Shown: positions 28,652 to 39,859 of the stretch, in pieces
Layout: each line of letters opens with the position of its first letter
Position numbering within the stretch: the stretch's first letter is position 1
DNA from: Thermoplasmatota archaeon
GTDB taxonomy: Archaea; Thermoplasmatota; E2; DHVEG-1
DNA: 49,502 nucleotides
Assembly: GCA_016936135.1 (NCBI GenBank)
Contig: JAFGPP010000127.1
Span: forward strand, 1-49,502
Direction: 5' to 3'
Program-made: the position numbers and the translations under genes
The notes under the pieces: generated by a model
Told to the model about the DNA's origin: nothing
Seen by the model: the letters and a program-made list of their open reading frames with translations, nothing else
The model's database searches: none

Positions 28652-31507
28652 TTGTTTAATAATAATTATCAGGTGATTCATTTGCATAAAAAAATAAGAC
28701 AACCAGCGACGATTCTTTTTGGAATGTTTATTATTTTCATGTCATTTGGTGCAATAACAGTTTTACCTCAGAAATCAAATGGCGAAGTTAAAGACAACTC
28801 ATTTGGGTATGTTAATTACGATATTAAATCAAATTTTTCACCAGATTTGTTATCCGCAATAACTGTTTCTGATAAAAATCCGTTTTATGCCCTAATTGCA
28901 ACTCCTCTGGCAGTCAGATATGATAATGAAGGAAACCAGTTTATTGCACCGCTGTATGTAAAAAATTTGACCAATCCTTCAAAAGCTATAATTAGAGCTG
29001 AACAACAAGTAGGTCTCTATACTGATTTTACAATTGGTGATACTCTCCCACCAAAGGACATCTCTTTGTTTGTTGCTGATATGTTTTGGGACGATACCAA
29101 TACTGCTCTGGTTATTAAGGACGACGAATCTGGCTATAATCTTGGTGTTGTCGCCACGCCAATTGCTTCATATTTGGGGATTCCTGTTATTGTAACGGAT
29201 GTTATCGATCATCATGTTAAATCAGTTTTAGACGCTCTTGGTGTAGTAGGTCTATATATTTGTGGCGATCTTCATACTTCATCTTATTGGGTTAAGGAAT
29301 TTGAAAGCACCGAAGAAATTATTGAAGAGTGTATGACTATAATACATCACATATTTGGCGATTCTATCCAATATATTACGATTGCAAACCCTTTAGATGT
29401 GAATCAACCAAAAGTTCTTGACAAAATCATATATGAGTTTTCTGGAAACCTTGGCTCAATGATGTTTCTTCCTACACAAACTATTGGTATGTTGCTTAAT
29501 GGCCAGATGAAAACCCATAGATTCGATATACCTTCAGATTACAAATACGCCAAACTAATTCTTGATCTTGAAAATAAAAATCCTGAGAATGCTGAGAGAT
29601 TGGGGGATAAGGTTTCGGTTATTGTGAGTAGTCCAGATGGCCCTAGATATTTTTTTGTCTCAACTGATGGAGGATTACCAGTTCGCGATATGAACGGTGA
29701 CATCATTGAAGATAAAATTCACTATGAAATAACCTTGTACAATAAACCTGGAAATTATGGTATTCAAGTACTTGGACAGTGGGGTGCACAAAAGGTAGGT
29801 TCCTATGAGGCAATTGTTACAATAGAAAAAATTGAATCGCCTGTTGTTCCTTTGATGGAAGGCCTGTCTTCTATTGCACCGTATTTGACTGCGTATCATA
29901 AGGGAATTGTATTTGCAAAACCGGAATTTGCATTTGCTGCAGATGATGATATTCTTAACAATGGTGAGCCATGTCCTGGCGTAACTCAACCTGGATCAAA
30001 TCCCTTGCTCGTAGAACCGTCCAATGCACATACTATGCAGATTCATCAGGAACTCAACAATCTACTTGCTGAAATGGCCGAAATTTCCACCTCAAATTTG
30101 CAAGGACTAAGGAATTATTACTATGATAATCCCGTATATATTGCCATAGCTGCTGATCCGACCATGGTTCCCATGTATTTTTATTATAACCCCGACGGAA
30201 GACTTGATGCAAAAGCTTACATGATGGGTTTTGCACTTCCAAGTGATTTTATGTGGGGGGATATTGATCCAAAGCCGGGTGATCTTGAAAATAATTCATT
30301 TAGTACGTGGCCCAGTATGGAAAATATTGTGGGAAGAGTAACCGGACGTGATGTACAGGATTGCAGTGCCCTTATTGCAAGAACTATCTTTTATGAAAAT
30401 ATTATTGAAAAAATGGATGACTGGAAAGACACTGCCCTTGTTCAAACTGGTTGCGGTCTTGAATTTCAAAACCTGCCAATTATAACAAAGTTAAGTCAAA
30501 TGTTGTTTAGTGGTAGAGGGGAACCTACTAAATTTCCGACTGGAGAAAGTACCTTTATTAATTTACGTTTAAAGGAAAAAATGGAGGGAGGCTACACCAA
30601 TGTTAAAAATACGTTTTTACTTGAATCCCAAAGAGAAGGTTTTACTGAAGATGAATTGAAGGACATAAAAAATGCAGGAATTCTAAATAGATTGCTATTC
30701 CCAAAGAAATTTATCGAGTTATTAATGTCTGATGAGAAAGTTACAGGTGGGCAATCACACCTTGACAGTAGCTTGATTTTCACCTTTGCTCACGGCTCAT
30801 TTAACCTTTTTGAACATGGTGACATATTTGTTGATTCGCGAGGTTTTCCTTTTGTTACTGCGATTTCACGTATATATCCACAGATTAGAAGCGGATTATC
30901 AAGCAAAGGATCTTACAGTATTCGTTCTATTGAAAATATGAATTACGGACCATCGGCGGTATTTGTAGAAAGTTGCATAACAGGTAGAACAGATGGAATT
31001 CCTGGTGAGAATGTATTGTCTCAGACATTTATACATGCAGGGGTAAATGCCTATATTGGTGCTACAAGAGTAACTGCGGACCCTGGCTACCTTGAGCCAC
31101 GTCCTTTACCTGGAGGGGTCGGCATTGGGATACTAGGATTAATGAAAGCAATGCTTGATTTAAAATTATATTCAAAATATCCCGATCTTCATTTTGGGGC
31201 GGTAATCGCAGAAGATTTTATCAACGAATTGATCGAAAATGATGCAACAACTGGTCTTGCGCTGAGAAATGCTAAAAATGTATATCTTGAAAAGGATGCT
31301 AATTCCACTTTTCTATGGACACCTCCTCTATCCCTCTCGACAGGCAACAGCATTATTGATCAACTGTGCTTATCTTCCTTAAACCTAGAACAATATAACG
31401 GGAATGTTAGAACCAAAGTTTTAGATAAAAAATATGTTGCACTGCACGAATTCACTCTTTATGGGGATCCAGCTTTCAATCCATATCAGTCGGTAAACGA
31501 AGGCTGA
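28652..31507 (+). CDS. Membrane-anchored/secreted gingipain-like (peptidase C25, clan CD) cysteine peptidase, paralog 2
   Basis: Collinear with paralog 1, with roughly half the residues identical by eye. Motifs: YIAIAADPTMVPMYFYY, PSDFMWGDID, VGRVTGRDVQDCSALIARTIFY, FTFAHG, FVESCITG, C-terminal GDPAFNPY. Start uncertain: TTG 28652, or TTG 28682 preceded by AGGTGA. Confidence 0.6.
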   Translation: MFNNNYQVIHLHKKIRQPATILFGMFIIFMSFGAITVLPQKSNGEVKDNSFGYVNYDIKSNFSPDLLSAITVSDKNPFYALIATPLAVRYDNEGNQFIAPLYVKNLTNPSKAIIRAEQQVGLYTDFTIGDTLPPKDISLFVADMFWDDTNTALVIKDDESGYNLGVVATPIASYLGIPVIVTDVIDHHVKSVLDALGVVGLYICGDLHTSSYWVKEFESTEEIIEECMTIIHHIFGDSIQYITIANPLDVNQPKVLDKIIYEFSGNLGSMMFLPTQTIGMLLNGQMKTHRFDIPSDYKYAKLILDLENKNPENAERLGDKVSVIVSSPDGPRYFFVSTDGGLPVRDMNGDIIEDKIHYEITLYNKPGNYGIQVLGQWGAQKVGSYEAIVTIEKIESPVVPLMEGLSSIAPYLTAYHKGIVFAKPEFAFAADDDILNNGEPCPGVTQPGSNPLLVEPSNAHTMQIHQELNNLLAEMAEISTSNLQGLRNYYYDNPVYIAIAADPTMVPMYFYYNPDGRLDAKAYMMGFALPSDFMWGDIDPKPGDLENNSFSTWPSMENIVGRVTGRDVQDCSALIARTIFYENIIEKMDDWKDTALVQTGCGLEFQNLPIITKLSQMLFSGRGEPTKFPTGESTFINLRLKEKMEGGYTNVKNTFLLESQREGFTEDELKDIKNAGILNRLLFPKKFIELLMSDEKVTGGQSHLDSSLIFTFAHGSFNLFEHGDIFVDSRGFPFVTAISRIYPQIRSGLSSKGSYSIRSIENMNYGPSAVFVESCITGRTDGIPGENVLSQTFIHAGVNAYIGATRVTADPGYLEPRPLPGGVGIGILGLMKAMLDLKLYSKYPDLHFGAVIAEDFINELIENDATTGLALRNAKNVYLEKDANSTFLWTPPLSLSTGNSIIDQLCLSSLNLEQYNGNVRTKVLDKKYVALHEFTLYGDPAFNPYQSVNEG
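29859..29950 (+). repeat. Near-identical nucleotide block shared with 26850-26941 (copy B)
   Basis: Same block in paralog 2, at an offset of 3009 nt. Confidence 0.85.
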
Positions 31508-31511
31508 TAAT

Positions 31512-33980
31512 TTACTCATCTGGTGCTACACATACATCGTCATCATCATTTCCATTGTTTTCCACTACTTTTGAAACTGAAACTACCTTGTCTGCTTCAT
31601 TTAAGCGCATTACTCTGACACCCATTGTATTTCGCCCTTGAACTCTAATACCTTTAACAGGAATTCTTACAACCATGCCCTCTTTACTTGTCAATATCAT
31701 TTCGTCATCTTCTTCGACTTCTTTTACAAAGATAACCTTTCCATTTCGCTCATTTACAATAATTGTACGAACTCCTTTGCTTCCTCGATGAGTTTTTCGG
31801 TATTCTTGTATCGGTGAACGTTTGCCAAATCCATTTTCCGTAATAGTTAATAAATTTCCCTCTTCCCCAACAATGGCCATTGAGACAACTTTATCTCCTT
31901 TTTTGAGTCTAATACCAATTACGCCTCTTGCTATTCTGCCCATGGGACGAACTTCTTCTTCTTTAAAGCGACACGCCTGCCCGTCTGCAGAGGCAATGAT
32001 AACTATTTGTTTACCATCAGAAAGTTTTGTGCTGATAAGCTCGTCGTCATTATCTAATTTGATTGCCCGTATACCGTTTACCCTTATGTTACTGTAAGCC
32101 GATAGCATTGTTTTTTTAATGATGCCCTTTTTGGTTACAAATACAAGATAGTGCTCATCATCAAACTCATGAATTGGAATTGCAGTTTCTACATATTCTC
32201 CTTCTTCTAATCGTGGAAGGAGGTTAATAATTGCTTTTCCCTTTCCATATCTTTCTCCTTCAGGAATCGCATATCCCTTCAGCCAGAAACATTTGCCATA
32301 ATTGGTAAAAAACATTATGTGATCATGTGTTGAGGTGATAAATGTGTTAACGACAACATCTTCCTCTTTGGTTTTTATGCCAATGAGCCCTTTACCCCCA
32401 CGTCGCTGAGTCTTATATACTTCACAAGGAATTCTTTTTATATATCCGCTGTCGGTAATGGTTATCATAACTTCTTGCATTGGAATGAGATCTTCCATTT
32501 CTATTCCAATTTCACCTTCAACAATCTCTGTTCGCCTTTCATCCCCGAACTTTTCCCTGATTTCAATTAATTCTCGTTTGATTTCATTAAGTATATTTTG
32601 CTTATCGCTCAGCAATATTTCCAAACGCGAGATTAATTCTGCAGTTGCCTGATGTTCCCTTTTTACCCCTTCAATTTCCATGCCTGTTAGTTTCTGCAGT
32701 CGCATATCTAAAATTGCTTTTACTTGTAATTCAGATAGCTCGAATCGATTCATTAATCGCTGTTTCGCTTCATCTACCTCTTTACTTTCTCGAATGATTT
32801 TGATTACTTCATCGATGTTTTTGAGGGCAATTATCAATCCTTCTAGAATATGCATTTTTTCCTTAGCTTTGTTCAAATCATAGGTTGTCCGTCGAGTGAT
32901 AACCTCAATACGATAATCAATAAAATGTTGGATAATTTCTTTTAGCGAAAGTATCTTAGGTTCACCATTCACAATTGCCAAATTTAAAATGCCAAATGTT
33001 GACTGCAATTCTGTATGGCCAAATAGTTGATTGAGAACTACGTCTTCCATAGCATCGCGTTTTAATTCAATAACGATGCTCATCCCCTTGCGGTCACTTT
33101 CATCTCTAAGATCGGAAATACCGTTAATTTTTTTATTTTTGACTAATTCTGCAATAGTTACGAGTAGTTTTGATTTGTTTACTTGATAAGGCAATTCTGT
33201 GACTACTATACGTTTACGATCCTTTTTTTCCTCGATAGTTGTTCTTGCACGAACACGGATAAGCCCTTTGCCCGTTGAATAAGCCTCTAAAATTCCTCCC
33301 CTCCCATAGATAATCCCCCCGGTTGGAAAATCGGGGCCCTGAATGACAGTCATCAACTCGGCCGATTGTATTGAAGGATTGTCAATCAACTTTATTGTCC
33401 CCTCAATTACTTCTGAAATATTATGGGGTGCCATATTTGTGGCCATTCCCACGGCAATTCCTGAAGCACCATTAATCAAAAGATTGGGAAGAATGCTGGG
33501 AAGCACGACAGGCTCTTTTAACGATCCATCAAAATTGTCGGTCCATTCTACTGTTTCTTTTTCGATGTCTTGTAGCATGAGGCCTGCAATTTTTGCCATG
33601 CGCGCTTCCGTATATCGCATCGCTGCTGCAGAATCACCATCAATGGAACCAAAATTTCCTTGCCCATCTACAAGTGGATAACGCAAGGAAAAATCCTGTG
33701 CCATACGAACCATGCTATCGTAAACTGCTTGATCGCCATGGGGATGGTATTTACCTAGTACTTCTCCAACCACACGGGCAGATTTTTTATAAGCTCGCCC
33801 CCCTGTAAGTCCCATGTCATTCATTGCATACAAAATACGGCGATGAACGGGTTTTAAACCATCTCTAACATCGGGAAGAGCCCTGCTCATAATCACACTC
33901 ATTGAATAATCAATAAATGCCCGTTTCATTTCTGATTCAATGGCTCGAATGTGTTCTTTTTTAACTGAGTCATCAGCCAT
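31512..33980 (-). CDS. gyrA: DNA gyrase subunit A
   Basis: [12 protein letters not shown], active-site [17 protein letters not shown], and C-terminal beta-pinwheel repeats. GGGTGATC SD upstream. Confidence 0.95.
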   Translation of the reverse strand: MADDSVKKEHIRAIESEMKRAFIDYSMSVIMSRALPDVRDGLKPVHRRILYAMNDMGLTGGRAYKKSARVVGEVLGKYHPHGDQAVYDSMVRMAQDFSLRYPLVDGQGNFGSIDGDSAAAMRYTEARMAKIAGLMLQDIEKETVEWTDNFDGSLKEPVVLPSILPNLLINGASGIAVGMATNMAPHNISEVIEGTIKLIDNPSIQSAELMTVIQGPDFPTGGIIYGRGGILEAYSTGKGLIRVRARTTIEEKKDRKRIVVTELPYQVNKSKLLVTIAELVKNKKINGISDLRDESDRKGMSIVIELKRDAMEDVVLNQLFGHTELQSTFGILNLAIVNGEPKILSLKEIIQHFIDYRIEVITRRTTYDLNKAKEKMHILEGLIIALKNIDEVIKIIRESKEVDEAKQRLMNRFELSELQVKAILDMRLQKLTGMEIEGVKREHQATAELISRLEILLSDKQNILNEIKRELIEIREKFGDERRTEIVEGEIGIEMEDLIPMQEVMITITDSGYIKRIPCEVYKTQRRGGKGLIGIKTKEEDVVVNTFITSTHDHIMFFTNYGKCFWLKGYAIPEGERYGKGKAIINLLPRLEEGEYVETAIPIHEFDDEHYLVFVTKKGIIKKTMLSAYSNIRVNGIRAIKLDNDDELISTKLSDGKQIVIIASADGQACRFKEEEVRPMGRIARGVIGIRLKKGDKVVSMAIVGEEGNLLTITENGFGKRSPIQEYRKTHRGSKGVRTIIVNERNGKVIFVKEVEEDDEMILTSKEGMVVRIPVKGIRVQGRNTMGVRVMRLNEADKVVSVSKVVENNGNDDDDVCVAPDE

Positions 33981-33991
33981 AGTTGATCACC

Positions 33992-35914
<1,923 letters not shown>

Positions 35915-36118
35915 TCACTTTATAACGAAAATAATTAATAGGTCTATTGTTGCTCCTGTACTTTGTTTAGTCCCATCACTTATTTCTTTTTTTCAAATAC
36001 TTATATGGAGTAAATGCTAATAAATGTTACTGTTTTCAACCCATTTTTTTTGCTAAAATCTTTAAAAAATGTTTTAAAATGATTGCTGTTACTTTGTTAA
36101 ATGCTGGATGGGCTTTAA

Positions 36119-37834
36119 ATGAACAGGAGATTGTGTAAAGTAGGCTATAGAAAAAATCTATATTTATTGATTGTAATTTTGATTTCCCTTCAATTTATTG
36201 GGATTTTTGCAGAAGCAGATGATGGCCTAGAAGTAGTTGAACAATACTCACCGATCTTTTATTTTGAAGGAGATGAGAAATGTTTCCCTGTAGATGCATC
36301 ATATCATATAGAAAATGCCAATTTATACAGGTTTTTAGAAGATGGCAAAATCTTGGTAACTGATGATTTATCTACAGTTAATCTTTCGTATTATACTAAC
36401 GACGATTATATTTTAGATAATGGATTGGGCACGGTTTATGATAATAACATAATAAACGATTATCAAAGCAAAATCGACCAGTTGGGCTACACAGTTTATT
36501 ATCGTTCAGTCAAAGAAAATGAAATCGAAGTAATTCAATATTGGATGTTTTACGCCTTCAATAAAGGAGAATTAAACCAACATGAAGGCGATTGGGAGAT
36601 GGTGCAAGTCGTACTTTCTAATGGAATTCCTACAGAGTGCATGTATAGTCAACACCATGGTGGACAAAAGGCAAGTTGGGATCAAGTAGAAAAAGAATCA
36701 ACTCACATTAAAGTTTATGTGGCCCGTGGAAGTCATGCAAATTATCTTAGATCATTTTCCGGAAAATTTGGAATTGCCAGTGATATTGTGGCAGCAAACG
36801 GATTTATTTTGAATCCTGGAGAATATAATCTGGTATCAATTGAAGAACATGATTGGTCACAATTCGGTGGAAGATGGGGAGAATTTAACAGTTATGAGGA
36901 CATTTTAAGGGGAAAGGCTGGACCGCAAGGTCCTAAATTTAGAGAAAATGGTGTTATGTGGAATAATCCCATTGTGTGGGGAAACAGTCTGACACAATCA
37001 ATTGATTTAATCTTTTTTCTAGAATGGTTCCTGTACTACATTGTAATCATATTTCTCTTGATAGCCTTAATTTCCTTTGTTTTAATCGGATTTAGAATTT
37101 TTAAAAGATACAAAAAAACAGGTTTGGGTCCAAGAATAGTCTCAATGCTTTATATAGATGGAATTAACCTAAAAAGCATAGGAAATATTGTTACAATCAT
37201 CGGAATTATTGTTGCATTTATTGCCCTTTTCAACCCCTGGTATAGTGTTTCAACAAACATTAGCCTCCAAGAATTTAATACCCAAGGCATGGTAAAGCTC
37301 GTGTCAGTTGATGGATTAAATGGTATAATGGTTAATTTTCTTGACCCGAATAGTGGTCCTGTTCAGCTGGGTGCGCTTTCTCTACCTTTTTCCTTATTCA
37401 TAGCTATTGGTATTGCTTATTTAGTAATCGCTACAATTGGTATATCCAACAGCAAAAAATTAGGTAAAAAATACATATTTAGAGGAATTAAATTGATAGT
37501 GCCGATAATTTTTATTATAATTGTAGTACTTTCGATTGGTTTTGTGATTGACAATTATCCGCTTGGTGAGTTAGACCCCGGAGTAGAACAAATCTTTGGT
37601 AGCATTACATCTTCTCCCTTGGGCGGTCAGAAAACAGTTTATCTAAATTCACTTGGGGGAAGCGAGCAGATCAGCATAAACTGGGGTTTGGATTTGGGCG
37701 GACAATTGTTGATTCTATCATCCGTAATGTTGATTATTGCCGGAATAATAGAAATTTTTGCCAATTCGGATTTTTATTTAGAAAAAACACCTTCTCCTTC
37801 AAAAAATATTCAAAATAAGGAAAAATTAGTCTAG
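36119..37834 (+). CDS. Vps62/DUF946-like domain protein with a C-terminal multi-TM region
   Basis: Signal/anchor, then YSPIFYFEGDEKCFPV, YWMFYAFNKGELNQHEGDWEMVQV, YSQHHGGQKASW, ARGSHANY. This matches my recollection of the Vps62/DUF946 signature (W.FY.FN...H.GDWE.V...SQH.GG.W...GSHA.Y). About 5 hydrophobic helices in the C-terminal half. Confidence 0.55.
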   Translation: MNRRLCKVGYRKNLYLLIVILISLQFIGIFAEADDGLEVVEQYSPIFYFEGDEKCFPVDASYHIENANLYRFLEDGKILVTDDLSTVNLSYYTNDDYILDNGLGTVYDNNIINDYQSKIDQLGYTVYYRSVKENEIEVIQYWMFYAFNKGELNQHEGDWEMVQVVLSNGIPTECMYSQHHGGQKASWDQVEKESTHIKVYVARGSHANYLRSFSGKFGIASDIVAANGFILNPGEYNLVSIEEHDWSQFGGRWGEFNSYEDILRGKAGPQGPKFRENGVMWNNPIVWGNSLTQSIDLIFFLEWFLYYIVIIFLLIALISFVLIGFRIFKRYKKTGLGPRIVSMLYIDGINLKSIGNIVTIIGIIVAFIALFNPWYSVSTNISLQEFNTQGMVKLVSVDGLNGIMVNFLDPNSGPVQLGALSLPFSLFIAIGIAYLVIATIGISNSKKLGKKYIFRGIKLIVPIIFIIIVVLSIGFVIDNYPLGELDPGVEQIFGSITSSPLGGQKTVYLNSLGGSEQISINWGLDLGGQLLILSSVMLIIAGIIEIFANSDFYLEKTPSPSKNIQNKEKLV

Positions 37835-37855
37835 CTATGCAAATAAAGGAAAATT

Positions 37856-39055
37856 ATGATAATTAATGCAGATCTTCACATTCACTCCATGTTCTCTGGC
37901 AGCAAGAGTTCGAAAATGGATCTTTGGACCATTTCGGTTGAGGCACCAAAAAAAGGAATCCAAATCGTTGGAGCCGGTGACTGTCTGCATCCCCAATGGT
38001 TGACCGAGATTGCTAAATGTAACAAAATTGATGAAGGTACATTTGAACTTAACGGTACCAGATTTATCTTAAGTGCGGAAGTAGAGACGAAAAATCGCAT
38101 TCATCATTTGCTCTATTTTCCTAGTATTTCATCTGTCAAAGAATTTAGAAAAATTACCAAACATTTTTCAAAAAACCTTGATAAAGATGGAAGACCACTT
38201 TTTAATTTTTCAGGAGAAGAACTTGCATCTATTGCAAAGGAAGTTGATGCGTTAATTGGACCTGCCCACGCCTTTACCCCTTGGACTGGAGTTTATGATA
38301 GCTACTCATCAATCAAGGAATGTTATGGAGATTTAACAGATTACGTGTCTTTTGTCGAGCTGGGGCTAAGCGCGGATACCAATTACGCTGACAGAATTAA
38401 AGAACTACATAGACTGACCTTTCTATCTAATTCGGATAGCCATACCCCCCATCCTGTTAGATTTGCAAGGGAATTCAACCGCTTTAAGGTAGAGGATTTA
38501 ACATTTAACGAAATAAAAAAGGCCATTTTGCGTCAAGATGGAAACAAACCGGTATTAAATGTAGGTTTACCGCCTGAAGAAGGGAAATATAACGAGTCCA
38601 CATGTAGGTCTTGTTTTACTCATTACAGATACGAAGAGGCAAAAAAAAGGAAATGGCGTTGTAAATGTGGAAAAGCAATAAAAAAGGGAGTAAAAGATAA
38701 AATTCTTGAAATTGGAAATTATTCAGAACCCGTCCATCCAGATCACAGGCCACCTTACGTAAATTTGATTCCACTTTTAGAAATAATTACAAAAGCCATC
38801 GGTTATAGAAATCCCTTTTCAAAAAAAGTAAATGATTTCTGGTGGGAACTTATTTCAAATTTCAATAGTGAAATAGATGTGCTGCTTGAAGCAAATATTG
38901 AAAATATTTCAACAGTTGCCGTTCCAGCAGTTACAGAAGCAATTAAGGCATTTAGAGAAGGAAAAATAATTGTAAAACCCGGTGGCGGAGGAAAATACGG
39001 AATTATTGAATTTCCTGGTGAGGAGAATTTTTTAAGAGTCAGTTTGGGTGCATAA
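37856..39055 (+). CDS. endoQ: Endonuclease Q (PHP-domain nuclease cutting 5' of dU/hypoxanthine/AP sites)
   Basis: ADLHIHS, GPAHAFTPWTG, ELGLSAD, SNSDSHTP, AREFNRF, a Zn-finger CRSC...CKCG, KKGVKDKILE, RPPYVNLIPLLEII, KPGGGGKYG. Collinear with Pyrococcus EndoQ as I recall it. Confidence 0.75.
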   Translation: MIINADLHIHSMFSGSKSSKMDLWTISVEAPKKGIQIVGAGDCLHPQWLTEIAKCNKIDEGTFELNGTRFILSAEVETKNRIHHLLYFPSISSVKEFRKITKHFSKNLDKDGRPLFNFSGEELASIAKEVDALIGPAHAFTPWTGVYDSYSSIKECYGDLTDYVSFVELGLSADTNYADRIKELHRLTFLSNSDSHTPHPVRFAREFNRFKVEDLTFNEIKKAILRQDGNKPVLNVGLPPEEGKYNESTCRSCFTHYRYEEAKKRKWRCKCGKAIKKGVKDKILEIGNYSEPVHPDHRPPYVNLIPLLEIITKAIGYRNPFSKKVNDFWWELISNFNSEIDVLLEANIENISTVAVPAVTEAIKAFREGKIIVKPGGGGKYGIIEFPGEENFLRVSLGA

Positions 39056-39086
39056 TAAAGATAAGTCAGAATTCCCATTTGAATTT

Positions 39087-39557
39087 ATGAAGATTTCATA
39101 TTATTTGGAAGTCAAGGAAAAAATCGACAAAATCTTGAAGGATAAAAAGGACTCTGACGTTTTAGATGGCATCATTGAAATTTTGTATTCAACCTTTGAA
39201 AAATATAACTGGATAGGTATCTATTTTGTAAAGGGCGATAATCTTTTGCTTGGTCCATGGAAAGGAGAAAATCCAACAGAGCATACAAAAATCCCGATAG
39301 GTATGGGCATATGTGGTTCAGCTGCAAAAACAGGTAAAACCGAACTTATACCAAACGTAAATCAAGACAATAGGTATCTTTCTTGTTTTGTTTCAACAAA
39401 ATCAGAGCTTGTTGTACCAGTAAAACATTCAAACAAAATAATTGCCGAGATAGATATTGATTCCAATGTTTCTGATGCATTTACAGCAGAGGACGTAAAT
39501 TTAATTGAAGAACTCGCTAAGAATAAAGAATTCATTAATATTATTCTACAATACTAA
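39087..39557 (+). CDS. GAF domain protein, free methionine-(R)-sulfoxide reductase-like
   Basis: NWIGIYFV, LLLGPWKG, IPIGMGICGSAAKTGKT, VPNV-like IPNVNQDNRYLSC, SELVVPV and AEIDIDS fit the YebR/fRMsr GAF family. ATG 39087 is preferred over the track GTG 39048. Confidence 0.7.
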   Translation: MKISYYLEVKEKIDKILKDKKDSDVLDGIIEILYSTFEKYNWIGIYFVKGDNLLLGPWKGENPTEHTKIPIGMGICGSAAKTGKTELIPNVNQDNRYLSCFVSTKSELVVPVKHSNKIIAEIDIDSNVSDAFTAEDVNLIEELAKNKEFINIILQY

Positions 39558-39859
39558 TAAAAAATAATTTTTCCATTTTGGAATTTCTCCACATTAATTT
39601 TATATACTTTGTTTAGAAGAAAGTATTTGAAGGTAAAGTGTTTTGAATGACGAAAAATAAGAATGGAAAGAAAAGTGTACCCCATGAAATTAATATTATT
39701 TGGGTAAATGTTGTAGATACTTTTGATTAATAGGCATTTTTTCGTTTAAATACTCAAACCGTTGTTAATAATTAAAAAACATTATTTTGTGTGTATCTAA
39801 ATAGAAAATAATCTTTTTTAGCGAGATAATACAAATCAAATGACATAACTATTATAGTT

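Noticed and set aside
31822-33808. Several plus-strand track ORFs (31822-32097, 32458-32652, 32680-32883, 33343-33681, 33593-33808) inside gyrA. Similar antisense ORFs occur inside gyrB, purL, rad50 and the peptidase genes.
   Set aside because: They lie antisense to, or out of frame with, strongly conserved genes. Their S/I/L/F-rich low-complexity translations are typical of the reverse strand of AT-rich K/E/N-rich coding sequence, and they show no recognisable motifs.
39647-39730. 27-aa ORF (MTKNKNGKKSVPHEINIIWVNVVDTFD) in the 300-nt spacer before the PQQ-propeller gene.
   Set aside because: No SD-like sequence, no recognisable family, and a length compatible with chance in AT-rich DNA.
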